Source: Myxococcota bacterium
GTDB taxonomy: Bacteria; Myxococcota_A; UBA9160; SZUA-336
DNA length: 64,000 nt
Reading direction: 5' to 3'
NCBI GenBank assembly: GCA_965247115.1
Contig: CBDFGR010000002.1
Location: forward strand, 2,153,249 to 2,217,248
Shown: in pieces, positions 1 to 9,600 of the stretch
How the letters are laid out: the number at the start of each line of letters is the position of its first letter
How positions within the stretch are numbered: position 1 is the first letter of the stretch
Position numbers and translations under genes: made by a program
Notes under the pieces: generated by a model
What the model was told of the DNA's origin: nothing
The model's database searches: none
What the model saw: only the letters and a program-made list of their open reading frames with translations

Positions 1-1028
1 ATCTTCTCCTCGCGCGACCGCGACGCGATCTTGGCCCGCTGCTCGGGGCTGAGCTCGGGCTCGCGCATCGCCTTCTCACGGCGCTTCGTCTGCCAGCCCG
101 GTTCGAGCCGGCGAGCCCAGTTGGGGTCCGTCGGCCAGTCGTCCTTGACGTCGATCGACGACGGCGTGCGCTGGAAGGCGTAGAGCTCCTTCGAGTTCTG
201 GCCCAGGTGCGGGATGGCCTGCACGGCCGACGCGCCGGTCCCGATGATCCCGACCACCTTGTCGCGCAAGCCCGATAGGTCGGGCTTCGTATAGTCGTAG
301 TCCCACCGCGAGGTGTGGAACGAGTGGCCCCCGAACCGCTCCATGCCTTCGATCTTCGAGAGCTTCGGCTTGGACAGCGTCCCGTTCGCGCAGATCACGA
401 AGCGGGCGCGCATGTGGTCGCCGCGGTCCGTCCCGATGTGCCAGAGCTGCTCTTCCTCGTTCCAGACGGTGGAGGTGACCGTCGTCTGGAAGACGGCCAG
501 GTCGTACAGGTCGTACTTCTCGGCGATCGCCTTGCAGTGCGCGTAGATCTCCGGGCCCTTCGCGTAGTGACTCGTCGGGACGTAGTCCATCTCGTCTAGG
601 AGGGGCAGGTAGTCGTACGCGACCACGTCGCACGCGAGACCGGGGTAGCGGTTCCAATACCACGTGCCCCCGACGTCGGCCCCGCGCTCCACGATGCGGA
701 TGCTCTCGACCCCGACCTGGCGCAGCCGCGCCGACGTGAGCAGGGCCGAAAAGCCGCCGCCGATGAATAGGACCTCGACCCTGTCCTCGATGGCCTCGCG
801 CTCGAGGGTCTCGTCCGCGTACGGGTCCTGCTCGTAGCGGGCCAACGGGCCGGTCAGGTCCGAGGTGAACTGGGCCGTGCCCTCGGGCCGGTAGCCCAGC
901 CGCAGGTCGCGCTCCTCCGCGAACTTGGCCTTGATTGCCTCGTAGTACTCCTGCGGCTTCCGCGTCTTGCGGTCGGGGCGGAACGAGAAGACGTCTTGCG
1001 GTTTGTCCGCGTCAGTATCCTTGGCCAT
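1..1028 (-). CDS. Baeyer-Villiger-type flavin monooxygenase (partial, runs off left edge)
   Basis: Manual translation from ATG at 1028 (RBS GAGGGAG) gives MAKDTDADKPQ...VLFIGGGFSAL...GGTWYWNRYPG...FGGHSFHTSRW (BVMO fingerprint)...IIGTGASAVQ. Absent from the ORF track because its stop lies outside the window. Confidence 0.9.
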   Translation of the reverse strand, partial: MAKDTDADKPQDVFSFRPDRKTRKPQEYYEAIKAKFAEERDLRLGYRPEGTAQFTSDLTGPLARYEQDPYADETLEREAIEDRVEVLFIGGGFSALLTSARLRQVGVESIRIVERGADVGGTWYWNRYPGLACDVVAYDYLPLLDEMDYVPTSHYAKGPEIYAHCKAIAEKYDLYDLAVFQTTVTSTVWNEEEQLWHIGTDRGDHMRARFVICANGTLSKPKLSKIEGMERFGGHSFHTSRWDYDYTKPDLSGLRDKVVGIIGTGASAVQAIPHLGQNSKELYAFQRTPSSIDVKDDWPTDPNWARRLEPGWQTKRREKAMREPELSPEQRAKIASRSREEK

Positions 1029-1109
1029 GGGTCTCCCTCTGGACGAGTCTGGGGGCGAGACTTCCTCCCCCGGGCGGAAGTCTCAGTAGGTATACCTCGT
1101 TCCGGCCCG

Positions 1110-2495
1110 CTACCGCACCGGGTCGATCGGAGTCGGCATGGGGGCCGCCGCCTCGATCGTCTCCGCGGCGGAGAGACACAGATCCTCGCGCCACAGGTCG
1201 GCGTAGACCTGGATGCCGGTGGGGAGGCCGTCCGCAACGCCCATCGGGAGCGCGACCGCGGGAAGCCCGAGGAGGTTGGCCGGGGTGATGAAGCGCACGC
1301 TGTCGACGAGGGTCTGAATTCCCGTATCCGGATCGAGATCGGCGTCGGCCGGCCACGGAAGGCAGCTCCATGTGGGGCCTACCGCCACAGGGTAGTCCGT
1401 CAAGAAGGCGGACCAGAGCCGGCCCAGGCGCGAGCGCTCCGAGTGGACCTCGGCGTTCGTCCTGTGCGAGGCGTCAAAGCGCGCCATCAAGCGCTGCATG
1501 CTCGCGAAGAGCGCCGGCGTGAGGAGGTCCTTGGTTGCGTCGTCCCGAGTGAGGTCGTCGATGGCAATCAGGTTGCCCCACACCTCGGTTACGCGGTCTA
1601 GCTCGGGTGGGTTTACCTCCTCTACTTCCCAACCCTGTTCCGTCAAGATTCGACCCGCCCGCGGGATCTCTCCGACGGTGCTGGGCGGGAGCTCGATTTC
1701 GGGGACTTGCGTGACCAGCGCAGCTCGGCGGCGCGTCGGCGCGGGCCCCTGGAGGGGGGCGTCGACGGAGCGCGGGTCGCGGATGTCGCGCCCGGCCAGG
1801 ATCGACAGGGCCAGCCGCAGGTCGGCGACCGAGCGCGCCATCGGCCCCTCGACGAGCATCGCCTGACCCGACATGCCCATGTCCTGCGGCTCGAAGGCGC
1901 TCGCGCGCGGAATGCGGCCCTGGGTCGGTTTGAGCGACGCGATGCCGCAGCAGTACGCCGGATTGCGCACCGACCCGCCGATGTCATTCCCGAGCCCGAT
2001 GGGCGTCATCCCGGTCGCGAGCGCAGCCCCCTCGCCGCCGCTCGAGCCGCCCGGGGTGCGCGCGCCATCCCAAGGGTTGCGGGTTCGTCCGCGCAGCGGG
2101 TTGTCCGTGTCGAGCCGCGAGCCGAACTCCGGCAGGTTGGTCCGAGCCAACGGGATCGTGCCGGCGCCCTTCATGCGCGACACCACCGGCGCGTCGCGCG
2201 ACGGCAGCCGCTCGGCGAACGCTGGCACGCCGTCCGTTGTCGGCGACCCGACGCAGTCGATGTTCTCCTTGATCGTGAACGGCACCCCGTGAAGCGGGCC
2301 TGTCGGCGTCGCCTGGTCGGCCGCGGCCGCCGCGAGGGCGGACTCGGCCAGCACCACCGTGATCGCGTTGACGTGGCCGTTCACGTCCTCGATCCGCGCC
2401 AGGTGAGCCTCGACGACCTCGCGACTGGTCGTCTCGCGGCGGCGGATCCGTTGGGCCAGCTCGCTCGCGCTCTTCCTCCAGAGTTCCCCGGCCAT
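1110..2495 (-). CDS. Amidase-signature family amidase
   Basis: PLHGVPFTIKE, GGSSGG and GNDIGGSVR motifs; likely start ATG 2495 after GAGG. Confidence 0.92.
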   Translation of the reverse strand: MAGELWRKSASELAQRIRRRETTSREVVEAHLARIEDVNGHVNAITVVLAESALAAAAADQATPTGPLHGVPFTIKENIDCVGSPTTDGVPAFAERLPSRDAPVVSRMKGAGTIPLARTNLPEFGSRLDTDNPLRGRTRNPWDGARTPGGSSGGEGAALATGMTPIGLGNDIGGSVRNPAYCCGIASLKPTQGRIPRASAFEPQDMGMSGQAMLVEGPMARSVADLRLALSILAGRDIRDPRSVDAPLQGPAPTRRRAALVTQVPEIELPPSTVGEIPRAGRILTEQGWEVEEVNPPELDRVTEVWGNLIAIDDLTRDDATKDLLTPALFASMQRLMARFDASHRTNAEVHSERSRLGRLWSAFLTDYPVAVGPTWSCLPWPADADLDPDTGIQTLVDSVRFITPANLLGLPAVALPMGVADGLPTGIQVYADLWREDLCLSAAETIEAAAPMPTPIDPVR

Positions 2496-2587
2496 GCGTC
2501 GCCTCACATCGGTGGGTGGTCGGTCAGTATGTCCAGCTTGGCGCACCCGCCTGCGGGCCTGTAAGCTGACGCCGATCGGAGGACGCC

Positions 2588-3436
2588 ATGGACGCCCAAC
2601 TAGAACTGATCGCGAGCGGCTACAGGCTCGTCGAGGGCCCGCGCACCGACGCCGACGGCGCGCTCTGGTTTACCGACGCGTTGGGCGCGACGGTCCTCCG
2701 CCGCGACCCCAGCGGCGCCATCGAGACGGTCGTTTCGGACCGCCCGATGGTCGGGGGCTTGGCCGTCCACGTGGAGGGCGGGCTCGTCATGTCGGGGCCA
2801 AACGTCGCGCACTGGAAGGACGGCAAGTTTCGGGTGTTGCTCGAGGTGGACGGCGTGCGCTCCTTCAACGACCTACACACCGACGCGTTGGGGCGCGTGT
2901 ACGTCGGCGCGATCCGCGCCGACGTCTCCGACTTGAAAAGCCCCCCCGAGCCACCGGGCGAGGCGTACCGCATCGAGCTGGACGGGAGCGTCACCGAGCT
3001 GTACGGCGGCGTGGGCGTGTCAAACGGCATCGGCTTCTCACCCGACGGCGGGACGCTCTACCACGTCGACTCGACGGGCAAGGGACTGTGGGCGCACGAC
3101 GTCGACTCAGAGGGCGCGGTCTCGAACCGTCGCCACATCGGAGGCGCGGCGTTTGAGCGGGGCATCCCCGACGGGATGTGTGTCGACAGCCGGGGCAACC
3201 TGTGGGTCGCCCACGCCGGCCGTCGCCGCGTCGCGATCTTGGATCCGAAGGGGGAGCTCGTGGACGAGCTCCCCGTGCCCGCCCGCTCGGTCACGAGCTG
3301 CGCGTTCGGCGGAGCCGACTACGGCGACCTGTACATCGTGAGCGCGGACAACACGGACGACAGGAGCCTGCGCGGCTGCATCTGGCGCTGTCGCCCGGGT
3401 GTGACGGGGCTCCCGACGCCGCTCGCCCGCGTGTAG
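2588..3436 (+). CDS. SMP-30/gluconolactonase family protein
   Basis: EGP, FND, SNGIGFSPDG and PDGMCVD motifs; GGAGG RBS. Confidence 0.9.
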   Translation: MDAQLELIASGYRLVEGPRTDADGALWFTDALGATVLRRDPSGAIETVVSDRPMVGGLAVHVEGGLVMSGPNVAHWKDGKFRVLLEVDGVRSFNDLHTDALGRVYVGAIRADVSDLKSPPEPPGEAYRIELDGSVTELYGGVGVSNGIGFSPDGGTLYHVDSTGKGLWAHDVDSEGAVSNRRHIGGAAFERGIPDGMCVDSRGNLWVAHAGRRRVAILDPKGELVDELPVPARSVTSCAFGGADYGDLYIVSADNTDDRSLRGCIWRCRPGVTGLPTPLARV

Positions 3437-3440
3437 GACC

Positions 3441-3773
3441 GTGGCGTCGGTCGAAGCGGGAGCGCCGGACGACCTCGCGGCTGCGCTCGCCCGCTGTGCC
3501 GACGAGTGGCGGAGCCACGGGTGGACGCTCGTCCCGTCGCTCGTGCCCGCGACCGAGATCGACGCGGCGCTCGACGACCTGTGGGAGCTCTTCCCGACGC
3601 CAGCGGAGTTCCACGGGGACGCGCCGGATCGGCGGCGCGATCGCTTCTTTCGCGGGATCGATACGCGCGACATCGTCTCGCCTCCCGAGACGCAGAGCGG
3701 GCCCGAGTTCCGGCCGGACCAGTTCTTGGGACAGGCCGAGTTCCCGTTTCCGGGCTCGGGGCGCGGGACCTAG
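3441..3773 (+). pseudogene. Truncated N-terminal fragment, probably phytanoyl-CoA dioxygenase (PhyH)-like
   Basis: WRSHGWTLVPSLV resembles PhyH N-termini. The ORF ends after 110 aa at the stop of the convergent gene, with no HxD metal motif. Confidence 0.45.
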
Positions 3774-6193
3774 CTGATCGCTCCGGAGGCGAAGGCCGCG
3801 CCGATTTCTTCTTCGGTCATGCCCAGGATCTCGCTCATCACCTCGTAGCTGTGCTGTCCGAGGCAGGGCGCCGCAAAGCGCGGACCGTTGTCGTAGCCTC
3901 GGATTCGATACTGATGACCGCTGTACGGGATGTTCCCCATCTCGGGGTGATCCAGGTAGCGGTAGAAACCTCGGTGCGCGTGCTGCGGGTCGACCAGTAG
4001 GTCGCTGCTGCGCTGGACCGCCCCCGCCGGGATCCCCGCACCCTGCAGGCGCTTCATCAGGGCGTAGCGCTCCTGGCCGCGCGTCCACTCGGCGAGCTTC
4101 TCGTCGAGCAGGTCGTGGAACTCCAGGCGACCCGCGGTGGAATCGTGCGCGGTTTCGCGGGCCCAGTCGGGATCCCCCAGCTCGCGGCGCAGCGCCCGCC
4201 ACTGCTCGTCGCTTTCCACGGCAATCGCGCACCACTGGTCGTCGCCTGAGCACGGGTAGCAACCCTGTGGGGCCGCGTCCGGGGCTCGGTTGCCGTTGCG
4301 AGTGGCCGCGTAGCCACTCACCTGGTAGTCGAGAATTTCTGGCGCCTGGAAGTGCAGCGAGGTCTCGATCTGCGCCACATCGATGTACTGTCCCTCGCCG
4401 GTTCTGCGCTTGTGGTCAATGGCGGCGGCCAGCACGGTGGAGATAAAGCGCGGAGCAATCGTATCGGTATAGGCGGCCCAGGGACCCGAAGGGGGAAGAT
4501 CGGGCCAGCCCGTCACCTCGTGGAAGCCCGCGATCGCGCTGGCGTGATAGCCATAGCCTGCAAAGCGCGCGGCGGGGCCGGTCTGCCCCATGAGGCAGGT
4601 GCTCACCATGATGATCCCGGGGTTGATCTTGCGAACCTCGTCGTAGCCCAGGCCCAGGCGCTCGATGGCTCCGGGCGCAAAGCTCTCGGTGAAGACGTCG
4701 GCCCAGGCGATCAGCTTCTTGGCGATCTCGAGCGCCCCCGGCGACTTCATCGCAAGGCTCAGACCCAGCTTCGAGGCGTTGAAGTCCCCGTAGTAATGCG
4801 AGCGATTCCAGCCCCCCACACCGTCCTTGAACGGTCCGCCGCCACGCAGCACGTCGGGTCGACTCTCGGACTCGACGCGAACTACTGTCGCGCCGTGGTC
4901 GGCCAGGTACTTGGAGGATATCGGTCCGACTCCCACCCAGAAGAAGTCCGCGACCTTGATGCCCTCGAATGGCAGTGCTTCGCCGGCGGGCTCTGGATAA
5001 GACTTCGGTCGGCGAGGCTGCGACAAAGCGGAGCGAATCTCGGCCCCGTGCTCATCGAGCGACGGCGCCGGGCGCCGCACCTCGAGCGGTGTGTTCGAGA
5101 TCTTCGACCAGGAGCCCGGGCTGCGCACCGTCTGTCCGCCGGGAAGGGTCAGCGGCTTCCAATAATCGCGCGCCTCGAAGTGCTCGAAGGCGAGCAGCTC
5201 GGGAATCGAGTTGGCGGGCGCCAGTGTCGTGTCGTTCGACATGCCGAATTCGAGCAGCTCGCGCCGCGTGTGCTTGGCTGTGAACTGCTTGAAGAAGTCG
5301 CCGACCTCGTGAATGTTGTAGGGCTTGCGGTCCGGCAGGTGAAGCTGCTGGTCGAGCGCGACCCAATCGACGTCGCGCGCTGATTCGTCGAAGACACCGT
5401 CCGCGATCATCCAGTCCAGACAGCCGAGGATCGCGGCGGACGTGGGAAGCAGTACGATGTAGCCGTCGAGGCACTCGAAGAGAACGTACAAGACCAAGAT
5501 TCCCGTATTGACGTTCGAGCCATCGCGCTCCAGGTTCCGCCCATCGATCCCGTGTGTCGCCATGCCGTTCAGCAGGGTCCAGGTCAGGGCCGCCTGGGCC
5601 GACAGGTCCACGAACTGCGCCGTACCCGTCTTGAGCATGCGGGCGTGCGCCGCCAGCGCCCCCGCCGCCGCCTCGGCTCCGGCGTGGCGCCAGATCTGCG
5701 GTAAGCTGACGCGTAGCGGCGCGCGGTCGCGCGGGCCCTGCAGGGCCACGGACCCGCCCATTGCAGCCACGACCAGCTCGTCGCCGAGCAGGTCGGCGTG
5801 CGGACCGTCGGCGCCGAACGGCGAGAGCCGCACGTAGACGATCCGGGAGTTGAGCCGCTCGAGGTCCTCGAAGTCGAGTCCGTAGGGTTCCAGCGGGCGG
5901 CCCGGCGAGGACTCGAACAAAAAGTCGGAGCTGCGCACCAGCTCCCGCAGCGTCGCCCGGTCGTCCGGCGCCTCGGGATCCAGGACAATCGAACGCTTGT
6001 TGCGATTGAAGGCCAGGAACTGCAGGCTCTTCAGGTCCTCCGGCGCCCCCTTCAGGTGCGGTGCGCACAGGCGAGCCGCCGAGCCCCCGGGCGGCTCGAC
6101 GCGAATCACGTCCGCGCCCAGATCGCCGAGCAGCATCGGCCCGAGCTCGCCCCGAGCATCCGTCAGATCCAGCACCCGATACGGGCTGAGCAT
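3770..6193 (-). CDS. Family III CoA-transferase (CaiB/BaiF), two fused domains
   Basis: LGDLGADVIRVEPP...FNRNKRSIVLD and a second LADHGATVVRVES...FNASKLGLSL domain. Confidence 0.92.
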   Translation of the reverse strand: MLSPYRVLDLTDARGELGPMLLGDLGADVIRVEPPGGSAARLCAPHLKGAPEDLKSLQFLAFNRNKRSIVLDPEAPDDRATLRELVRSSDFLFESSPGRPLEPYGLDFEDLERLNSRIVYVRLSPFGADGPHADLLGDELVVAAMGGSVALQGPRDRAPLRVSLPQIWRHAGAEAAAGALAAHARMLKTGTAQFVDLSAQAALTWTLLNGMATHGIDGRNLERDGSNVNTGILVLYVLFECLDGYIVLLPTSAAILGCLDWMIADGVFDESARDVDWVALDQQLHLPDRKPYNIHEVGDFFKQFTAKHTRRELLEFGMSNDTTLAPANSIPELLAFEHFEARDYWKPLTLPGGQTVRSPGSWSKISNTPLEVRRPAPSLDEHGAEIRSALSQPRRPKSYPEPAGEALPFEGIKVADFFWVGVGPISSKYLADHGATVVRVESESRPDVLRGGGPFKDGVGGWNRSHYYGDFNASKLGLSLAMKSPGALEIAKKLIAWADVFTESFAPGAIERLGLGYDEVRKINPGIIMVSTCLMGQTGPAARFAGYGYHASAIAGFHEVTGWPDLPPSGPWAAYTDTIAPRFISTVLAAAIDHKRRTGEGQYIDVAQIETSLHFQAPEILDYQVSGYAATRNGNRAPDAAPQGCYPCSGDDQWCAIAVESDEQWRALRRELGDPDWARETAHDSTAGRLEFHDLLDEKLAEWTRGQERYALMKRLQGAGIPAGAVQRSSDLLVDPQHAHRGFYRYLDHPEMGNIPYSGHQYRIRGYDNGPRFAAPCLGQHSYEVMSEILGMTEEEIGAAFASGAIS

Positions 6194-6349
6194 GAAGACC
6201 TCCTTCTGGGTCCAAGCATAACCCGACCTGGACCCTGGCCGGTCCCTTCATCCACTGCGCCTTCTACGGGGGCATCAACATCAGCGAGAACGGTGACGAG
6301 TGCCACCGGACGTCGGCGGGTCTTGAATACCCGATGAGTTGCGACTCGT

Positions 6350-6389
6350 GTCGTTCGCGTTGAAACAGTTAGCGAACGACGCCTATAAT
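6350..6389 (+). promoter_or_regulatory. Sigma70-like promoter with overlapping inverted-repeat operator
   Basis: TTGAAA (6360-6365), 18-nt spacer, TATAAT (6384-6389). A perfect 9-bp inverted repeat GTCGTTCGC (6350-6358) / GCGAACGAC (6372-6380) brackets the -35. Confidence 0.6.
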
Positions 6390-6418
6390 GCTTCCACCTA
6401 GTGAAGGGAGGCTTCCCC

Positions 6419-8170
6419 GTGGCCGAGTATGACCTGCACATTCGCGGCGGCACGATCGTGGACGGGACGAGGGTTCCCCGGTTCGCGGGTGACCTCTGGG
6501 TGAAGGACGGACGGATCGCGCAGATCGGCGGCCGGGCCCCGGGCGCCGCCGCGCGCGAGGTCGACGCTGGCGGACACATCGTCGCCCCCGGCTTCGTGGA
6601 CCTTCACACCCACTACGACGCCCAGATCCGCTGGGACCCGTGGTGTACGATCTCCAGCTGGCACGGGGTGACCTCCGTCGTGCTCGGGAACTGCGGGTTC
6701 GGGTTCGCACCGGTCCGACCCGAGTTCCGGGAGCGCTCCATGCTCACGATGACGCGGACCGAGGCCATCCCCATGGAGTCGATGCAGGAGGGGATGAACT
6801 GGGACTGGGAGACGATCCCCGAGTACCTCGACTCCCTGGATCGCGCGCCCAAGGGCGTCAACTGCCTGCAGTACATGCCCACCGCGTCGCTCATGACCTA
6901 CGTGATGGGCCTGGAGGCCGCCAAGACCCGCCCGGCCACCCCGGCGGAGCGCGCGGAGATGCAGCGGCTGCTCCACGAGGGAATGGACGCGGGTCTGTGT
7001 GGCTTCTCGATTCAACGACTGGGCAAGGATTCCACCCAGGCCGACTTCGACGGATCTCCCATGGTCACAGACACCATGGTCGACGAGGACATCCTCTGCC
7101 TGGCCGAGGTGTTGCGAGAGCGCGACGAGGGCTTCATCCAGATCACGCAGGCCACGGGCCACAACCGGCGCGACCTGGCGTTCCAGGCCGAGCTGGCCCG
7201 CGTGGCGCAGCGCCCGATCCTCCACAACGCGGTGCCGGTCAGCCCCAGGAACCCGCGGATCCACGAGAAGCGGCTGGAGTGGATCGACCGCTGCCGGGAG
7301 GAGGGGCTCCAGATGTTCGGCCAGGGCGGGACGTTGCGCGCGGGCTTCGTTTTCACGCTCGAGGACTGGAACCTCTACGACGCGAGTCGCGCGTGGCGCA
7401 AGGCGACCACGGGAAGCAAGGAGGAGCGGCTGAAGAAGCTCTCCGACCCCAAGATCCGCGAGGAGATGCGCCGCGAGTCCATGAGCGAGGTCGCGGAGAA
7501 GCTCCGCATCGTCCAGGCCGGGGTGGGCGGCCCGATGGAGAAGCTGCTCGTCCAGGACGTGAAGGGCCACGCCGAGCTCGAGAAGTACGTCGGAAAGTCG
7601 GTCGCGCAGATCGCCGAGGAGGAGGGCAAGCTCCCGGTCGACGCCATGCTGGACGTCGCCGTCGCCGGAGACCTCGAGGTCGAGTTCCTCGGGCCCCCCC
7701 CCGCGCGCGGTCTGAACGCCGACCACATGGCTGCGATGATCAACGACTCCATGTACACGTTCCCCGGGGTTTCCGACGGGGGCGCGCACACGAAGTTCTT
7801 CACCGGCGGCGCCTTCACCACGGACTTCCTGGTGTGGCTCGTCCGCGACGAGCCCCGGATCAGCCTCGAGGAGGCGCACTTCCGGCTGAGCGCGCTGCCC
7901 GCCCACGCCGCGGGCTTCCGCGATCGCGGGACGCTGCGGGTCGGCGCTCCGGCCGACATCGTCGTCTACGACCTGGACGCGCTCGACATCTCCCCGCGCT
8001 GGACCGGCGAGGTCGCCCACGACTTCCCGGGAGGCGAGTGGCGCCGCGTGCAGCACGCGATCGGCTACCGCGCCATCGTCGTCAACGGCGAGGTCACGTT
8101 CGCGGACGGCAAGTGCACCGGCGCGACCCCGGGCAAGCTGTTGCGCCACGGGTACGCGCCGGGAGCCTGA
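6419..8170 (+). CDS. N-acyl-D-amino-acid deacylase family amidohydrolase
   Basis: APGFVDLHTHYDAQ, HGVTSVVLGNCG and SDGGAH motifs; likely GTG start at 6419 after GGAGG. Confidence 0.9.
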   Translation: MAEYDLHIRGGTIVDGTRVPRFAGDLWVKDGRIAQIGGRAPGAAAREVDAGGHIVAPGFVDLHTHYDAQIRWDPWCTISSWHGVTSVVLGNCGFGFAPVRPEFRERSMLTMTRTEAIPMESMQEGMNWDWETIPEYLDSLDRAPKGVNCLQYMPTASLMTYVMGLEAAKTRPATPAERAEMQRLLHEGMDAGLCGFSIQRLGKDSTQADFDGSPMVTDTMVDEDILCLAEVLRERDEGFIQITQATGHNRRDLAFQAELARVAQRPILHNAVPVSPRNPRIHEKRLEWIDRCREEGLQMFGQGGTLRAGFVFTLEDWNLYDASRAWRKATTGSKEERLKKLSDPKIREEMRRESMSEVAEKLRIVQAGVGGPMEKLLVQDVKGHAELEKYVGKSVAQIAEEEGKLPVDAMLDVAVAGDLEVEFLGPPPARGLNADHMAAMINDSMYTFPGVSDGGAHTKFFTGGAFTTDFLVWLVRDEPRISLEEAHFRLSALPAHAAGFRDRGTLRVGAPADIVVYDLDALDISPRWTGEVAHDFPGGEWRRVQHAIGYRAIVVNGEVTFADGKCTGATPGKLLRHGYAPGA

Positions 8171-8456
8171 CGTCTACAACTGCTCGAAGACATCCCTCCG
8201 CAGCTGAGACTTCCGGCCGACGCCGCCCTGGCGTGGCTCAGGTCTGGATGGGCGAGCCGCGCAACGTGCGGGCATGACCCGCCTGGTGCCCAATCTGACC
8301 GAGAACTTCCCGCGCGGTCTCCGGAGCACACTGGTTCCTCTAGCCCGGGGACCGCTGAGCACTCTTCCGCGAGGGACGTGCGCCGATGCAGGCGCCGCCC
8401 GTTCGCGGTTAGCAGCAGCGACCAATGGTGCATCCCAACACTCGAGCCGGATGAGG

Positions 8457-8816
8457 TCAGGTCGAGGCATGCGCGGGCAACGGGCCGATCAGCTCGACGA
8501 ACCAGCGACGTTCCCGCTCCCGCGCCTCGTCGAGCGCGCCTGTCAGGTACGCGGCCAGCCCGCGTTTCTCCTCATCCGAGAGCTCGCTCGCATTGGGCGC
8601 CATCGGGCCGGTCGTGAGCGCCTCGAGCACCCGCTCCGGCGTGAAGGCTCCGAGGGCCTCGCGACTGACCGCGTTGGGGATCGTAGCGGTCGTTCCGTGG
8701 CAGAGCGCGCACTGCTCCTCGAAGATGAAGGCGTAGTTGGAATCTGTCACCTGCGCCCACGTCGCCCCCGGCAGCAACACCGTGAGGGCGACAGACGCCA
8801 GGACAAACCATCTCAT
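8457..8816 (-). pseudogene. Signal peptide plus single cytochrome c domain (CALCH); probably a truncated N-terminus of a cytochrome c-PQQ dehydrogenase
   Basis: GGAGG RBS; MRWFVLASVALTVLLPGATWA signal; CALCH...VLEALTTGPMAPNASELSDEEKRGLAAYLTG followed by an unrelated-looking tail. Confidence 0.55.
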
Positions 8817-9135
8817 CAGCGTGCCTCCTGGATGGACTGTGTTCCCCACTCGTGGCTTCCTTTGGGGAGAGGGAGTGTAAGAGGGTTTTTCGGGTTGTGA
8901 CAATGGCCCTTCCCGTCCTATCGATTGGTCTGAGGACCGGGCCGCGGATCGGCCCGGAAGGGGCGGTCATTTTGGAGAGCCTGCGTGGCGACGACGCCGG
9001 CACGGTGATCGAGTACCTCGGCGAGAGCGGCACGGTTGTCGGGAAGGCCACGTCCGCGGACTTCGGGCAGCTCCTGGCCCAGTAGAGAGCCTGCTCCGAG
9101 CCCAGGGGCGGGCCATCGGGAGCTCGCAGCGCTTT

Positions 9136-9600
9136 CTAGTCGGTGCGCTGTGGGAGCAGGACCGTGCGGCGAAAGGAGATCACCAGCTCACCCCGCTGGT
9201 TCCGGCCGCGGCTCTCGACGCGCACGATACCCTGGCCCTGCCGGCTGTGCGACTCTCGCTTCTCGAGCACCGTCGTCTCGGCGTAGAGCGTGTCGCCGGC
9301 AAAGGTGGGGGCGTGGTGGTCGATGTTCTCGTAAGCGAGGTTGGCGATGGCCTTGCCGCTGATGTCGGCGACCGTCAGACCCACGATCACGCTGAATACC
9401 AGCGGGCCCACCACAACGCGGCGGCCGAACTCTGTCTCCGCCGCGTAGGCCTCGTCGCTGTGCAGCGGATGCTGGTTCATCGTCAGCAGCGCAAACCAGC
9501 TGTTGTCGGTCTCGGTGATCGTGCGCCCGGGCCAGTGCTCGATCACGTCGCCCGGCTCGAACTCCTCGAAGTAGCGACCGAAGCTCTCGCGCGTCGCCAT
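9136..9600 (-). CDS. MaoC family dehydratase
   Basis: GRYFEEFEPGD, GRTITETDN and NQHPLHSD motifs. Confidence 0.92.
   Translation of the reverse strand: MATRESFGRYFEEFEPGDVIEHWPGRTITETDNSWFALLTMNQHPLHSDEAYAAETEFGRRVVVGPLVFSVIVGLTVADISGKAIANLAYENIDHHAPTFAGDTLYAETTVLEKRESHSRQGQGIVRVESRGRNQRGELVISFRRTVLLPQRTD

Noticed and set aside
6398..8277. Long antisense and alternate-frame ORFs (also 5052-6251, 30810-32402, 58124-59737, and the extensions 9738-10856 and 36268-37320)
   Set aside because: Shadow ORFs from high-GC codon bias overlapping well-supported genes; Arg/Gly/Pro-rich with no motifs.
8902..9085. Short ORF MALPVLSIGLRTG...
   Set aside because: Possibly a gene remnant, but there is no recognisable family or support.
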